Virus record (IMG/VR): IMGVR_UViG_3300045971_000577
Coordinates: 248,001-312,000 of that record
Length of the DNA: 64,000 nt
Reading direction: 5' to 3' (one strand)
This document shows, in pieces, positions 8,591 through 17,848 of this stretch. Within the stretch, counting starts at the first letter, position 1, and every line of letters starts with the position of its first letter. A program made the translations under genes and the position numbers. Under the pieces are notes generated by a model, which was given only the letters and a program-made list of their open reading frames with translations, made no database searches and was not told the origin of the DNA.

Positions 8591-8796
8591 TTTATGAATT
8601 GTGCAGATCCTCCCAGTTACATGCTGGGCGTGCCACTGTCCAAAGGTGCAACACCAATGGCAAACACTGTTATACACAATTCATAAACACAGATTATCAC
8701 TATAAATGATAATACTAACCCTGTCCGGTATCGCGCTTGCCGGCCTCCTAGCTAAAGAACCAGGTGTACACTTATACTACAGGATATGTGTTTATG
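8591..8796 (-). ncRNA. Candidate structured RNA with two overlapping long helices
   Basis: 10-bp CATAAACACA/TGTGTTTATG and 13-bp TTTATGAATTGTG/CACAATTCATAAA share 6 nt. Confidence 0.45.
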
Positions 8797-8811
8797 ACTT
8801 TGATACAGCAA

Positions 8812-8878
8812 GAAAGGCAGTTGGGTTCGAACCAACAACATTCGCGCAGGACGCCTCTTCCCGTTGGGCTACACCTAT
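8812..8878 (-). pseudogene. Degenerate tRNA (D- and T-arms intact, anticodon arm lost, no CCA)
   Basis: GCC-CAACGGGAAGA-GGC and GTTGG-TTCGAAC-CCAAC. Confidence 0.55.
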
Positions 8879-8992
8879 TGCTATATCAGAGCGTTACTTC
8901 GATACATTGACCCACAGCACCTCTGGCTGATTCTTCCTTCTGGAAAAGAAGGCGTGCTCTATGAACACTACGGTATGTATCTCAGTAACTAA

Positions 8993-9919
8993 CTATAGCA
9001 GAGTCAAAGCTGTTCCGCAAGCTGAACAAAATTTGGCTGTTGCCTTATTTGTGTGGCTGCAGGTCGAGCACTTTTGGGTCGTTTTGACCGTAACTGGTGC
9101 AGCAACTTCAATTGCACCAACAACACCTGCCATACGAAGGATGATTACTTCGGACTTGGCTTCGGAGTTGAATCCGTAAACTGCTTGGAACGATTGCTCA
9201 ACCTTGGATCCCGGAACAGTGATACCTGCTTCGTTCACTTCGGGTGCAACATAGCTATCCATGGTAGGAGTAGATGCAGCAACGCTGTTGGAGAAAACTG
9301 CGTTCGAAGATTGCAAAGTTGCGCTGGTGGATGTTGCGTTGGCAGACATACCGCGCATGACACCCTTTGTCGCTGTGGCAGAAGACAAACTTCCGCCACC
9401 TGCTTCGCTGCTGTTGTAGGTAGCAGACTGTGTTGCATTAGTGGAACCATAGAACGGACCGTCACTGTAGGTATACTGGTCAAAGATTGACTTGCGATAC
9501 GGATGACGATAGCCATACCAGTATTCGTGATGATGAACAGTAGTTGTGATGGTTGGCTTTTCTTGTTCGAACCAATATTCGACACGAACAACACCGTCGT
9601 CAACCTTGATACCACGCGGGCCATCTTCGATTGCTGCGGTACGCTCGATGAACTTGAATGCGTTACCTTCTGTCATGTTGCCGTTGCGAATGAAACGCTT
9701 TAGCTCGACTTCGGAGTTTGCATTTACGATGATTTCTGTGCCGTCAAGGACGTCAGTACCATCGATGTGGAGTGTGAACTTTGCTCTGCGTGAATTTAGA
9801 TTTTTCACGAGGACGGTAAACTCACTACCAAACGGTAGGAGGACCAGGTCTTTTTGTTCACGAAGGATTTTGCCGTTGTGTTTGATTGCCACGGCCAGCT
9901 TATTTTTCATCATATTCAT
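8993..9919 (-). CDS. Phage hypothetical protein with C-terminal zinc ribbon
   Basis: CSTC...FCSACG at the C-terminus; Ser/Thr-rich linker. Confidence 0.8.
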   Translation of the reverse strand: MNMMKNKLAVAIKHNGKILREQKDLVLLPFGSEFTVLVKNLNSRRAKFTLHIDGTDVLDGTEIIVNANSEVELKRFIRNGNMTEGNAFKFIERTAAIEDGPRGIKVDDGVVRVEYWFEQEKPTITTTVHHHEYWYGYRHPYRKSIFDQYTYSDGPFYGSTNATQSATYNSSEAGGGSLSSATATKGVMRGMSANATSTSATLQSSNAVFSNSVAASTPTMDSYVAPEVNEAGITVPGSKVEQSFQAVYGFNSEAKSEVIILRMAGVVGAIEVAAPVTVKTTQKCSTCSHTNKATAKFCSACGTALTLL

Positions 9920-9969
9920 ATTTTCCTTTAAAACAGCACACAGAACAAGTGCTCAAAGTTTCAGTTCTG

Positions 9970-10554
9970 TTAGGTGCTACCCTGTGTAGCATTACTATTT
10001 ATATTTTTACAAAATCGTTCATGCCTTTTTATGTTACAAAATATTATGTTCTTCTTACCGCACCTAACGCATTCTATATATTTGGTGGGGCGAGATCTAT
10101 TAGAACATGCCTTAGAACAATAATATTCGTTGTATTGTCTTTTATCTCCTTTTGTAAAAATCTTAGAGAATGATACGCCGCAATAGCAGGTATACCTATT
10201 TGTTACTCTTTCTATTCGGCGCCCTAACAAAGATCTCTTAGCGATATGCGCTGCGGATTGTTTATACCCCGAAGTTCCTTCGCCACCGTCTGTTTTATTT
10301 CGGAGAATACCTGTACCAATATCTATTCGACCATACCACTGAATCATTCTGCGTTCAATCGCGAATGCACCTAACTCGGTGAGATTATTTTCTAATATCA
10401 ATATTAATGATTTATCCGGCGGTTGTATATGCTCGGTGCGGCTCTTTAGGTAAGCCCTGTTTCCCGAACCTTTACCGATATAATACGGTGTTCCGGCCTT
10501 TGCCGTTCGTGAATCTACTTTTCGTAAATACGCATAAACATAAAATGTTGTCAT
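9970..10554 (-). CDS. GIY-YIG-like homing endonuclease
   Basis: FYVYAYLR...TPYYIGKG; NKTDGGEG. Confidence 0.85.
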   Translation of the reverse strand: MTTFYVYAYLRKVDSRTAKAGTPYYIGKGSGNRAYLKSRTEHIQPPDKSLILILENNLTELGAFAIERRMIQWYGRIDIGTGILRNKTDGGEGTSGYKQSAAHIAKRSLLGRRIERVTNRYTCYCGVSFSKIFTKGDKRQYNEYYCSKACSNRSRPTKYIECVRCGKKNIIFCNIKRHERFCKNINSNATQGST

Positions 10555-10670
10555 TATTGCTCCTTATTAAGAAACAATAACACTTTCAAACGGTACACTG
10601 ACTAAGTACCCATTGATTAAAGTCAGTTGGCGTTATCGCTCAATATTTATCTCAATGTCGAGACATACAT

Positions 10671-10699
10671 AATATAAACGATCACAAACCGATTGTCAA
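10671..10699 (-). promoter_or_regulatory. Sigma70-type promoter
   Basis: TTGACA-N17-TATATT. Confidence 0.55.
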
Positions 10700-11706
10700 C
10701 CGTTTCTAATAGGAACAAGATTATCTCTAAATATTGCCCAACATTCTTCCCATGTCCATTTACTAGATGATGCCTTTACTACGTCTCGGTTTAGTTTCGA
10801 TGCGGCTAATATTGCGGTGTCTAAATCTTCCGACATGACTCCGTTCACTCCTTGATCGATAATATCTATCGGCCCGGGTACCGGATAACCTGCGACAGGA
10901 GTACCAATGCTCAGTGCCTCAATGATAACAATGCCAAAGGTATCCGTCTTACTCGGAAATGCAAATACATCTGCCCTAGCATAGCTATTTGCAAGCTCTG
11001 TCCCGGATTGATATCCAAGGAACTTGACATTCTTATATTTCGACTTTAATTCTTCAAGGTGTGGTCCGCCACCTACTATTTCGACATTGTATTTGTCCTG
11101 TAACACGCAAAGTGCTTCTAAGTTTTTTTCCTTCGAAACACGACCTACATATAATACAATAGGTGTCAATCCAATGTATGCAGATCGATGAGTAATAGTC
11201 GGTGCAAGAGTAGTTCTATCCACACCACGTGTCCAGGAATATATTTCACCTACAAACCCGTGTTCCTTTAGTTCTTTTACCATTGTCTCGGTTGTTGTAA
11301 GCACTTTTCCACTGTGTCTATGAAACCATCTCACATACATGTATGTGAGATTTTCCGGAATACCATACATAGTTTTTAGAAATTCAGGAAACTTTGTGTG
11401 GTACGAGGTATTATATCTTAGATTATGCCAACCACAATATAATTGTGCTGCCAGGCCTAGTGGACCCTCGGTAGCAATATGTATATGATCTGGATTTTCT
11501 TTCTTGATATATTTTGCAATGAATGGCCAGGATATCTTTACTTCAGGATACCCCGGACAAGAAAAATGTGGTAGCAAAGACGGATTAATACATGCTATAT
11601 CATATCCTTCTCGCTTGGCTAGAATCTCAATATTAGTAAAGGTAGTTACGACACCATTTACTTGATTTGGCAAGTTATCTGTTATTATCAATATCTTTTT
11701 TGTCAT
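10696..11706 (-). CDS. GT4-family glycosyltransferase (Agt-like candidate)
   Basis: PNQVNGVVTT, HIATEGPLG, YVGRVSKEKN, DTFGIVIIEA motifs. Confidence 0.9.
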   Translation of the reverse strand: MTKKILIITDNLPNQVNGVVTTFTNIEILAKREGYDIACINPSLLPHFSCPGYPEVKISWPFIAKYIKKENPDHIHIATEGPLGLAAQLYCGWHNLRYNTSYHTKFPEFLKTMYGIPENLTYMYVRWFHRHSGKVLTTTETMVKELKEHGFVGEIYSWTRGVDRTTLAPTITHRSAYIGLTPIVLYVGRVSKEKNLEALCVLQDKYNVEIVGGGPHLEELKSKYKNVKFLGYQSGTELANSYARADVFAFPSKTDTFGIVIIEALSIGTPVAGYPVPGPIDIIDQGVNGVMSEDLDTAILAASKLNRDVVKASSSKWTWEECWAIFRDNLVPIRNG

Positions 11707-12457
11707 ATATGTTACTTTCTTTCCAATGTATTAGTTCCCAGGAACCGTCGTGATGTTCGACCAATGCTGTTAGTGATTCTACCCAGTCTCCGTCATTCAT
11801 ATATATTATTCCATCTATGTCTTTTATTTCAGCATGATGAATATGGCCACATATAACTCCGTCAAATCCTCTTTTCTTGCAATAGTCTGCAATAGTCTTT
11901 TCAAATTTGAATATAAAATCTACGGACTTCTTAACTTTTATTTTCAGATATTTAGAGAGCGACCAATATCCAAATCCGAATTTATGTCTAATCCAGTTAA
12001 ATTTTGTATTCAATGACAGGATTAGATCGTATGCTCTATCACCTAAGAGGCTTAGCCACGGGGCAAGTCGAGTTATACCATCGAATAGATCTCCGTGGAC
12101 CACTAAGTAGTGTTTTCCGTCTAGCCCGATGTGTTCGGTTTGATTTTGAAATTCGATAGACCCGATGCTTATATGATAATTTAGCAAAGGGCGAATAAAC
12201 TCATCATGATTTCCAATTACATAAATTACTCTTGTCCCATGTTTTGCACATTTCAGCACTCGCCTAACAACATCGGAATGGCTTTGTTTCCATTTTAGTC
12301 TATTTTGTTGAATTTTCCAACCATCAATAATATCACCTACGAGATACAATGTCTCTGCTGTATTTGCCTTTAGAAAATTAGTCAGTTGCGATGCCTTACA
12401 TTCCTTAGATCCGAGATGAACATCGGAAATAAAAATAGATCGGTATTTCTTGATCAT
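11675..12457 (-). CDS. Metallophosphoesterase of the LpxH/YbbF (PlcP-like) family
   Basis: FISDVHLG, GDIIDGW, GNHDE, HGD, CGHIHH, NDGDWVES. Confidence 0.88.
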   Translation of the reverse strand: MIKKYRSIFISDVHLGSKECKASQLTNFLKANTAETLYLVGDIIDGWKIQQNRLKWKQSHSDVVRRVLKCAKHGTRVIYVIGNHDEFIRPLLNYHISIGSIEFQNQTEHIGLDGKHYLVVHGDLFDGITRLAPWLSLLGDRAYDLILSLNTKFNWIRHKFGFGYWSLSKYLKIKVKKSVDFIFKFEKTIADYCKKRGFDGVICGHIHHAEIKDIDGIIYMNDGDWVESLTALVEHHDGSWELIHWKESNIYDKKDIDNNR

Positions 12458-12556
12458 ATATTCCTTTAAGTGTCAGCATATTTATCGCAAGTATAAATGA
12501 TCATTATTGCAGCATTATTACACTCTCTACGTATTTCGATAAATATATGAAAAGGG

Positions 12557-12952
12557 ATGTGTATGAAGAAACTATGGCTTATCTTAGTTATATTTGCCGC
12601 GGGATGCGCTTCGTTACCTGCGGATTTCGATAACAACGAATATGCAATAGCAAATCGAATCTTTACGTTGGCCGAAGTTTACAAGGTCGGTTGTTCCGAT
12701 CCCGAAAAGACAAAGTTGAATTTCACTGAGCTGTCAACACTATCGCTCGAGTTGGTAAACTACAGTGCAGATATTCCTAACAATCAGGATACAGTGAAGC
12801 TAATTGCACCAATGCACAAGATGATTTCCGATGCGAGCGTAAAGTTCAACACAGAAACCCATACCGCAACATATTGCAAACTGAAGTTAGACAATATTGA
12901 ACTTGCGGCAGGTATTATCAAACATGCTATCGCTCAGAGGAGAATGAAATGA
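12557..12952 (+). CDS. Putative lipoprotein
   Basis: Hydrophobic leader ending in lipobox-like FAAGC; GATAAATA upstream. Confidence 0.7.
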   Translation: MCMKKLWLILVIFAAGCASLPADFDNNEYAIANRIFTLAEVYKVGCSDPEKTKLNFTELSTLSLELVNYSADIPNNQDTVKLIAPMHKMISDASVKFNTETHTATYCKLKLDNIELAAGIIKHAIAQRRMK

Positions 12953-13203
12953 GTTTTCAAACTAACCTAAACGAACTGTTTGCATCCGGTAACCCATATG
13001 CGGTGGCAATAGCAGAGAAGATAAAGAATATCGACGATGCGTATGCTAATAAACTCATCACTGCGGATGAAGCTAAAGACCTTCTCAACGATATGAAAAC
13101 GGAAGAAGCATTAGTTGATCTTGCCAACAATTTGCAAATAAAACTCTATGTTCAGCAAACAATCGATAAGTTGATATTTCTTGTCGAGAATGTGATTTTT
13201 TAG
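12949..13203 (+). CDS. Hypothetical protein coupled to the lipoprotein
   Basis: ATGA overlap. Confidence 0.7.
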   Translation: MSFQTNLNELFASGNPYAVAIAEKIKNIDDAYANKLITADEAKDLLNDMKTEEALVDLANNLQIKLYVQQTIDKLIFLVENVIF

Positions 13204-13208
13204 TCATA

Positions 13209-13234
13209 AGAATAGGAACCGAAGTTCCTATTCT
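13209..13234. terminator. Hairpin terminator between convergent units
   Basis: Perfect 11-bp stem with a UUCG loop on the minus strand. Confidence 0.75.
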
Positions 13235-13500
13235 GGATTTTCTGTTGCCAGGCATTCCTGCCCCGTGGTTTACCGCTTTTTAGGCAGCAAGAGCCTCAGT
13301 GTAAAACGAATCATTTGCGTTTACTTTTTGTTTTCTTCGATTTACGGTCGTTGCTCACCGAGCGATAAGAAGCCTACTCAATACCCAGGCGATTCCGGAT
13401 CGGGCCCATAACTAAAACTTCACAAAAGGCTTAGTGGTGGACCCGGGGGGATTCGAACCCCCTTGTTGAATGTCTTTCTGTTTCCTACTTTACGCTGTTA
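13235..13500 (-). ncRNA. ssrA: Circularly permuted (two-piece) tmRNA
   Basis: Acceptor piece (T-arm, CGGGTCC-ACCA ending 13435) lies upstream of the 5' end GGGCCCG (13407); tag ANDSFYTEALAA* at 13280-13318; G3:U70; outer ends approximate. Confidence 0.85.
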
Positions 13501-13620
13501 TTTTCCTTAATTCTGATTCATAATAGTGTAGCAGACCTACAATAGTCATACGATCAAATCTGTTACCGTATCCTAAATGCCGTCTGTAGTAATCAATCTG
13601 TGATTCAATAAATGATTTAC

Positions 13621-14046
13621 TCATGATAGCTTCTGACTCTTTACGATACGTCTAAGTTCGAGTTCTGTGTCTCGCTTCTTTTCCGTAGCTCGTTTGTCGT
13701 ACTCTTTCTTACCCTTTGCAAGTCCAATCGAGAGTTTGTATTTACCTCTCGTTGAATAAATCTTCAACGGCACAAGAGTTAGTCCACGTTCCTTTGTCTT
13801 ACCGATGAGACGTTGGATTTCTTTCTTATGCAAAAGCAACTTACGCGAACGGGTCATATCGTGCTCGGAGCCACCGATGTTAGCGCCCACAAGCATGATG
13901 TTACCATCCATAACTACGCAGTGAGTTCCGGCGATTGAACAGCTCTTAGCCGCAATCGCCTTTACTTCCCAGCCTTCCAGCTTCATTCCACACTCGTATT
14001 GCTCGAGTATTTCATAATCAAAGAAGGCCTTCTGATTTGAAATCAT
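13621..14046 (-). CDS. smpB: SsrA-binding protein
   Basis: [52 protein letters not shown]. Confidence 0.95.
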   Translation of the reverse strand: MISNQKAFFDYEILEQYECGMKLEGWEVKAIAAKSCSIAGTHCVVMDGNIMLVGANIGGSEHDMTRSRKLLLHKKEIQRLIGKTKERGLTLVPLKIYSTRGKYKLSIGLAKGKKEYDKRATEKKRDTELELRRIVKSQKLS

Positions 14047-14810
14047 AATTTCTCTTTACAGTTATCAAAATGCCATCTATTCATCGATTCTTTACAGTTA
14101 TCAAAATGCCATCTATTCATCGATCCTTCACCGCCCGACCGTTGGCAGTGCGGGCACTCAACAGTATTTCTTTTTTTACCAAGCCTTGACAATCCGATGT
14201 TAATATTATGTTCTGCCGAATTAGGTTTACCTTTTGCTGCTAAACTCATTTTTTCACGAGTCTCTTGGCTTACTACCTTATTTCGCATTTTCTGTTTTGT
14301 TTCTTCGGACATATTTTGTTTGGCTATGCTCATCTTATATCTCGCATCATCTGACATTGTTTTGCCGATGTTAGCCTCGCGCATTTTCTGTTTTGTTTCT
14401 TCTGTCCGAATTTTACCTGTATTTTTATCACTTATTCTTTGACGAACTTCTTTGGGCATAGATTTACTAGCTAATCCGATAATTTTCCGGGTTGCTGCAG
14501 AATGACTATGACCGGATGCTCCTTCGCCGCCATCGGTTCTGTTTTCTAAAATCCCTGTGCCTAAATCTTTTCGACCATACCACCGAATCATTCTGCGTTC
14601 GATTGCAAATGCACCGAGCTCAGTTAGATTACATTCTAAAATTACAATACGTGATATATCTACAGGAGTGTGTACTCCTGTATTATTCTTTTTATTCCTA
14701 TGATCAACATAAGCTCGATCTCCTGTGCCTTTTCCGATATAGTACGGTGTGCCAACATTAGCGGTTGCCGAGTTACGTGATCTTAAATAGGCATATACAT
14801 AATAATTCAT
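14043..14810 (-). CDS. GIY-YIG-like homing endonuclease with NUMOD3 repeats
   Basis: YYVYAYLR...PYYIGKG; repeated S.ET(K/R).KM. Confidence 0.88.
   Translation of the reverse strand: MNYYVYAYLRSRNSATANVGTPYYIGKGTGDRAYVDHRNKKNNTGVHTPVDISRIVILECNLTELGAFAIERRMIRWYGRKDLGTGILENRTDGGEGASGHSHSAATRKIIGLASKSMPKEVRQRISDKNTGKIRTEETKQKMREANIGKTMSDDARYKMSIAKQNMSEETKQKMRNKVVSQETREKMSLAAKGKPNSAEHNINIGLSRLGKKRNTVECPHCQRSGGEGSMNRWHFDNCKESMNRWHFDNCKEKL
14053..14124. repeat. Exact 36-bp tandem duplication
   Basis: [12 protein letters not shown] encoded twice. Confidence 0.9.
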
Positions 14811-14876
14811 ATATGTATTTATACAAATTTTTGTATTAAGCCTTTTTATTTTCTATCATAGCGTATTATAACTTAC

Positions 14877-15545
14877 TTACCACATAAGGTCAAAGAAACC
14901 GCGTAACACCTTGTTAACGCTTCCTGTCTTTCCGCTGTTGTGATCCTTTACAACATCGTCTTGAAAACGGTATGTTTGTATCTTATCCCCGCGCATGCCA
15001 GAACCAACCTGTTCTTTGCGGCTTGAATCTAGCGCGAACTTGTGCTCTCTATGTGCGTGTGCGTTTAGTGCCTCTAGCAGGGCTTGCTTCGCCTGATCTT
15101 GGCTATTTTGCCTGGATCGACACTGTGCCGTGGCAGTTTGGCCTGTAGGCAAATACGTTATACGACACGAATTTTGATGTTTGTTGCGGTGTTGGCCGCC
15201 TGCGCCAGTACCGCTGTACCATTCTATTCTAAAATCCGAGTCTTTGAATTCGATATTACGCAATTCGGGATCAGTGATCGCAACTGTTACGGTGCTGGTA
15301 TGAACTCTGCCCTTGCGCTCGGTTGGTGGAATACGCTGTATGCGGTGCCCACCTGCTTCTTTCTCTAACTGTGATAAGTCTGCACCCTCAACTTCTATGA
15401 AAAGTTCTCCGGGGAGATTCCTTATCACGCGATTGATTCAGCCAACTCTGTCAAAGTGGCGTTGGTATGCTGCTGCAAGATCTACAGTGAATAGCTTGCT
15501 GTCTTCTCCGCCCTCAGCTGCGCGTATTTCAATAATTCTTTTCAC
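14877..15545 (-). CDS. prfA: RF1-type class I release factor interrupted by an in-frame TGA (15438-15440)
   Basis: GGAGA RBS + GTG; IIEIRAAEGGEDSKLF, HRIQRIPPTERKGRVHTS (PxT), GAGGQH (GGQ), IQTYRF. Confidence 0.85.
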
Positions 15546-15731
15546 ATTTATCTCCAAATTTTACTAAAAAAGCCAAATAGTCCGATTCTTCGGAAAATTT
15601 GTATACAGAATCTCCCTCAGACGTCCATCGTATCCATTTACCATCTTCCCAGGACCCGATAGTAACATAGCACCACTCGAATGCATCATTAGATGCAATT
15701 CTATGTTTGTTTGATATAAAAGCTTTGTATT

Positions 15732-15941
15732 TTATAGTTTCTCTCTCAAATCAAACTGTAACTTCAAAAATAGATATTCTTCTTCTGTTATATCTACTCT
15801 ATATTTATAATATTTAATAACAACCATACCAGCAGCCTCGAAAGACATTCTGAAAAATGGCTCACATTCGAATGTATGATGCTCACAGATAAATTCAATA
15901 AATCTATCCTTATCTATCATCTTGATCAAAAACTCTTTCAC
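15732..15941 (-). CDS. Hypothetical protein
   Basis: ORF track; coupled. Confidence 0.6.
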   Translation of the reverse strand: MKEFLIKMIDKDRFIEFICEHHTFECEPFFRMSFEAAGMVVIKYYKYRVDITEEEYLFLKLQFDLREKL

Positions 15942-16186
15942 TTTGTGCCTAACGGAGTACCCCTAAGGATATTTTCATCCCAGTTATATTCTCTAATGAA
16001 TGCATCCCTACTATAAATCTTACAAGCGAACGATAGACTGATGAATAGGCATGTTTCTTCGTCCATGTTTGCACAATACTGTGTCCATGGTGCCGCCACA
16101 CTAAATATAGTGTGTCGAATGCCACGTGACTCCAAGTACGCCACGAGGGCATTCTTTTCTGTGTTTGCTACGCGGATTACATACAT
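15938..16186 (-). CDS. Hypothetical protein
   Basis: ORF track. Confidence 0.6.
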   Translation of the reverse strand: MYVIRVANTEKNALVAYLESRGIRHTIFSVAAPWTQYCANMDEETCLFISLSFACKIYSRDAFIREYNWDENILRGTPLGTK

Positions 16187-16192
16187 AAGGTT

Positions 16193-16414
16193 TGATTACT
16201 CTATAGTCAGGGTTCTGTGCTCTTACGAGTGACAATCCCTGCTCTATTCAGCCCTGAGCTTCCTCTACCATTATAGCAGCGATTGTCCAAGTAATCAAAA
16301 TTTGGTTGAGTTGCTACCAGATGGTGATCAAACCATCCTAGCTTCATTCATTCTCTAAATGCAGTTAAAGAGCCCGACTAGCTTACTAACGTCATTGTTG
16401 ATCAATAGCAACTC
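16193..16414 (-). ncRNA. Candidate two-domain structured RNA
   Basis: GAGTTGCTA/TAGCAACTC and GATTACT/AGTAATC closing stems; TCAGGG/CCCTGA. Confidence 0.45.
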
Positions 16415-16455
16415 AGATTTGTAGTATAACTGACCCTGTGGTCACTTGCAAACGG

Positions 16456-16788
16456 TTAGGACGACTTCAATAGTGCTGTGGCCGCTTCGACGGATATATT
16501 CAGTTTATACTTTGTTGATATGTATACTGCAAACATCTCGGTACGGTCATCATCGTACCATCTGAGTTGTTCTTTATATGCTTCTACCTCTGCATTAAGT
16601 CGATATTTCTTGCTCAGTAAATAAAATGCCCAAAATAAACCATAGGTCGATAGAAACTGTCTAAGGTGTACTTCCTCGTGCTTACGCAGACCGATGTCAT
16701 CCTTATATTGCGGCTTAATAAAAACAAAAGGCCATATAGTGATCGCCGCAAATCTATCCGGAACAAAAAAATTAGTGTATACTATCAT
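16456..16788 (-). CDS. Hypothetical protein with HExxH metallopeptidase-like motif
   Basis: HEEVH. Confidence 0.6.
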   Translation of the reverse strand: MIVYTNFFVPDRFAAITIWPFVFIKPQYKDDIGLRKHEEVHLRQFLSTYGLFWAFYLLSKKYRLNAEVEAYKEQLRWYDDDRTEMFAVYISTKYKLNISVEAATALLKSS

Positions 16789-16810
16789 ATAATCCTACAG
16801 GTCGTTTATC

Positions 16811-17119
16811 TCATTTACAAGACTTCAGTGCAGTTAACAATTCAGCCGAGTAGGCCTTATGTAGTTCCCTGTCTGCTAATAATACCTTATTTTTCTCAAA
16901 GATATCTTTGTCAATTGTCAAAGAATCAAAATTGAAGACGGGAGATTGTGGAATCTCTGCCTTGCATGGTACAGAAATAGGTATCTCAACCTTTTGGACC
17001 ACGGTTTGGATCACAGGCTTATCAAAGGCACATGCAGAAACTGACAATGCCACCACAATCATAAGGATTCTACTTAGCACGTTGAATCTCCTGGTTGATA
17101 AGTTGGTTAGCCGCATCAC
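16811..17119 (-). CDS. o-spanin-like lipoprotein
   Basis: Lipobox LSVSAC; VEIPISVPC; overlaps the end of the i-spanin gene. Confidence 0.7.
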   Translation of the reverse strand: MMRLTNLSTRRFNVLSRILMIVVALSVSACAFDKPVIQTVVQKVEIPISVPCKAEIPQSPVFNFDSLTIDKDIFEKNKVLLADRELHKAYSAELLTALKSCK

Positions 17120-17471
17120 ATTTTGAGATATTTTGCGGAGCCATTGCTGCCATTAGTTCGTCTGCCTTCTTCTTTGCAGAGATTGTAGTTGCCTTTGCTG
17201 TGGCGATTGCACCTGCGTGGGATCTTTCACGAGCGTCAGCCTGTATCTGCATGTTATCAATTGCATCGTTCTGATCATTGATAGCAATTTGTAGGCTCTT
17301 TACTGAAGATTGAGATACGTCAAGCTTAGCCTGAATAACCTGCTTTTCAGCATTCAGCGTGGAGATATTGCTATTTAGAAACTTGATATACATACCCATT
17401 CCTGCAATAGTAGCAAGAAGGAGAGCAGCAACGATTAGTTTCCAGTTTCTGAGTACGAGTTCGATAAACAT
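17070..17471 (-). CDS. i-spanin-like protein
   Basis: N-terminal TM helix followed by coiled coil; GATAAATA upstream. Confidence 0.7.
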   Translation of the reverse strand: MFIELVLRNWKLIVAALLLATIAGMGMYIKFLNSNISTLNAEKQVIQAKLDVSQSSVKSLQIAINDQNDAIDNMQIQADARERSHAGAIATAKATTISAKKKADELMAAMAPQNISKCDAANQLINQEIQRAK

Positions 17472-17509
17472 AGTGTATTATTTATCATTTGCGGACGCAT
17501 AAACGACGA

Positions 17510-17539
17510 AAGCCCTATACCGTTTCCAGTATAGGGCTT
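17510..17539 (-). terminator. Intrinsic terminator
   Basis: AAGCCCTATAC/GTATAGGGCTT stem. Confidence 0.7.
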
Positions 17540-17546
17540 ATAAGGG

Positions 17547-17617
17547 CAGAGGTGCTAGGATTCGAACCTAGGATAGTTGAGTCAAAGTCAACTGTGTTAC
17601 CATTACACTACACCCCA
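17547..17617 (-). tRNA. tRNA-Gln(TTG), CCA not encoded
   Basis: Loop CTTTGAC. Confidence 0.88.
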
Positions 17618-17631
17618 ACAGTGATAGAAAA

Positions 17632-17760
17632 TTGATTAGGTTATTCTTCGTTATATCCTCCTAACAGGGACGTATAACAGGGCCTGCTCACCTTTGACGA
17701 AATATGTCGATCCGCTAATCGGCGCCAATAACTAACCTTCAACCCTTACGGGCTAATCAA
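17632..17760 (-). ncRNA. Candidate ~130-nt structured RNA right after tRNA-Leu
   Basis: TTGATTAG/CTAATCAA closing stem; CCC-GTAA-GGG; GTTATA/TATAAC. Confidence 0.5.
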
Positions 17761-17764
17761 AATT

Positions 17765-17840
17765 TGGTACCCCACGCGGGATTCGAACCCGCACACTCGG
17801 AGTTTAAGACCGATACGACTGCCAATTACGTCAGCGGGGC
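17765..17840 (-). tRNA. tRNA-Leu(TAA), short variable loop
   Basis: Loop CTTAAAC; CCA. Confidence 0.88.
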
Positions 17841-17848
17841 ATAAAAAA

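Noticed and set aside
8004-15440. Both in-frame stops (pth and RF1) fall at codon 36
   Set aside because: True by count, but with two cases and no shared context I treat it as coincidence.
15561-15733. Open frame IKYKAF...YLAF* upstream of the RF gene
   Set aside because: It looks protein-like but has no ATG, GTG or TTG start; left unannotated as a possible remnant.
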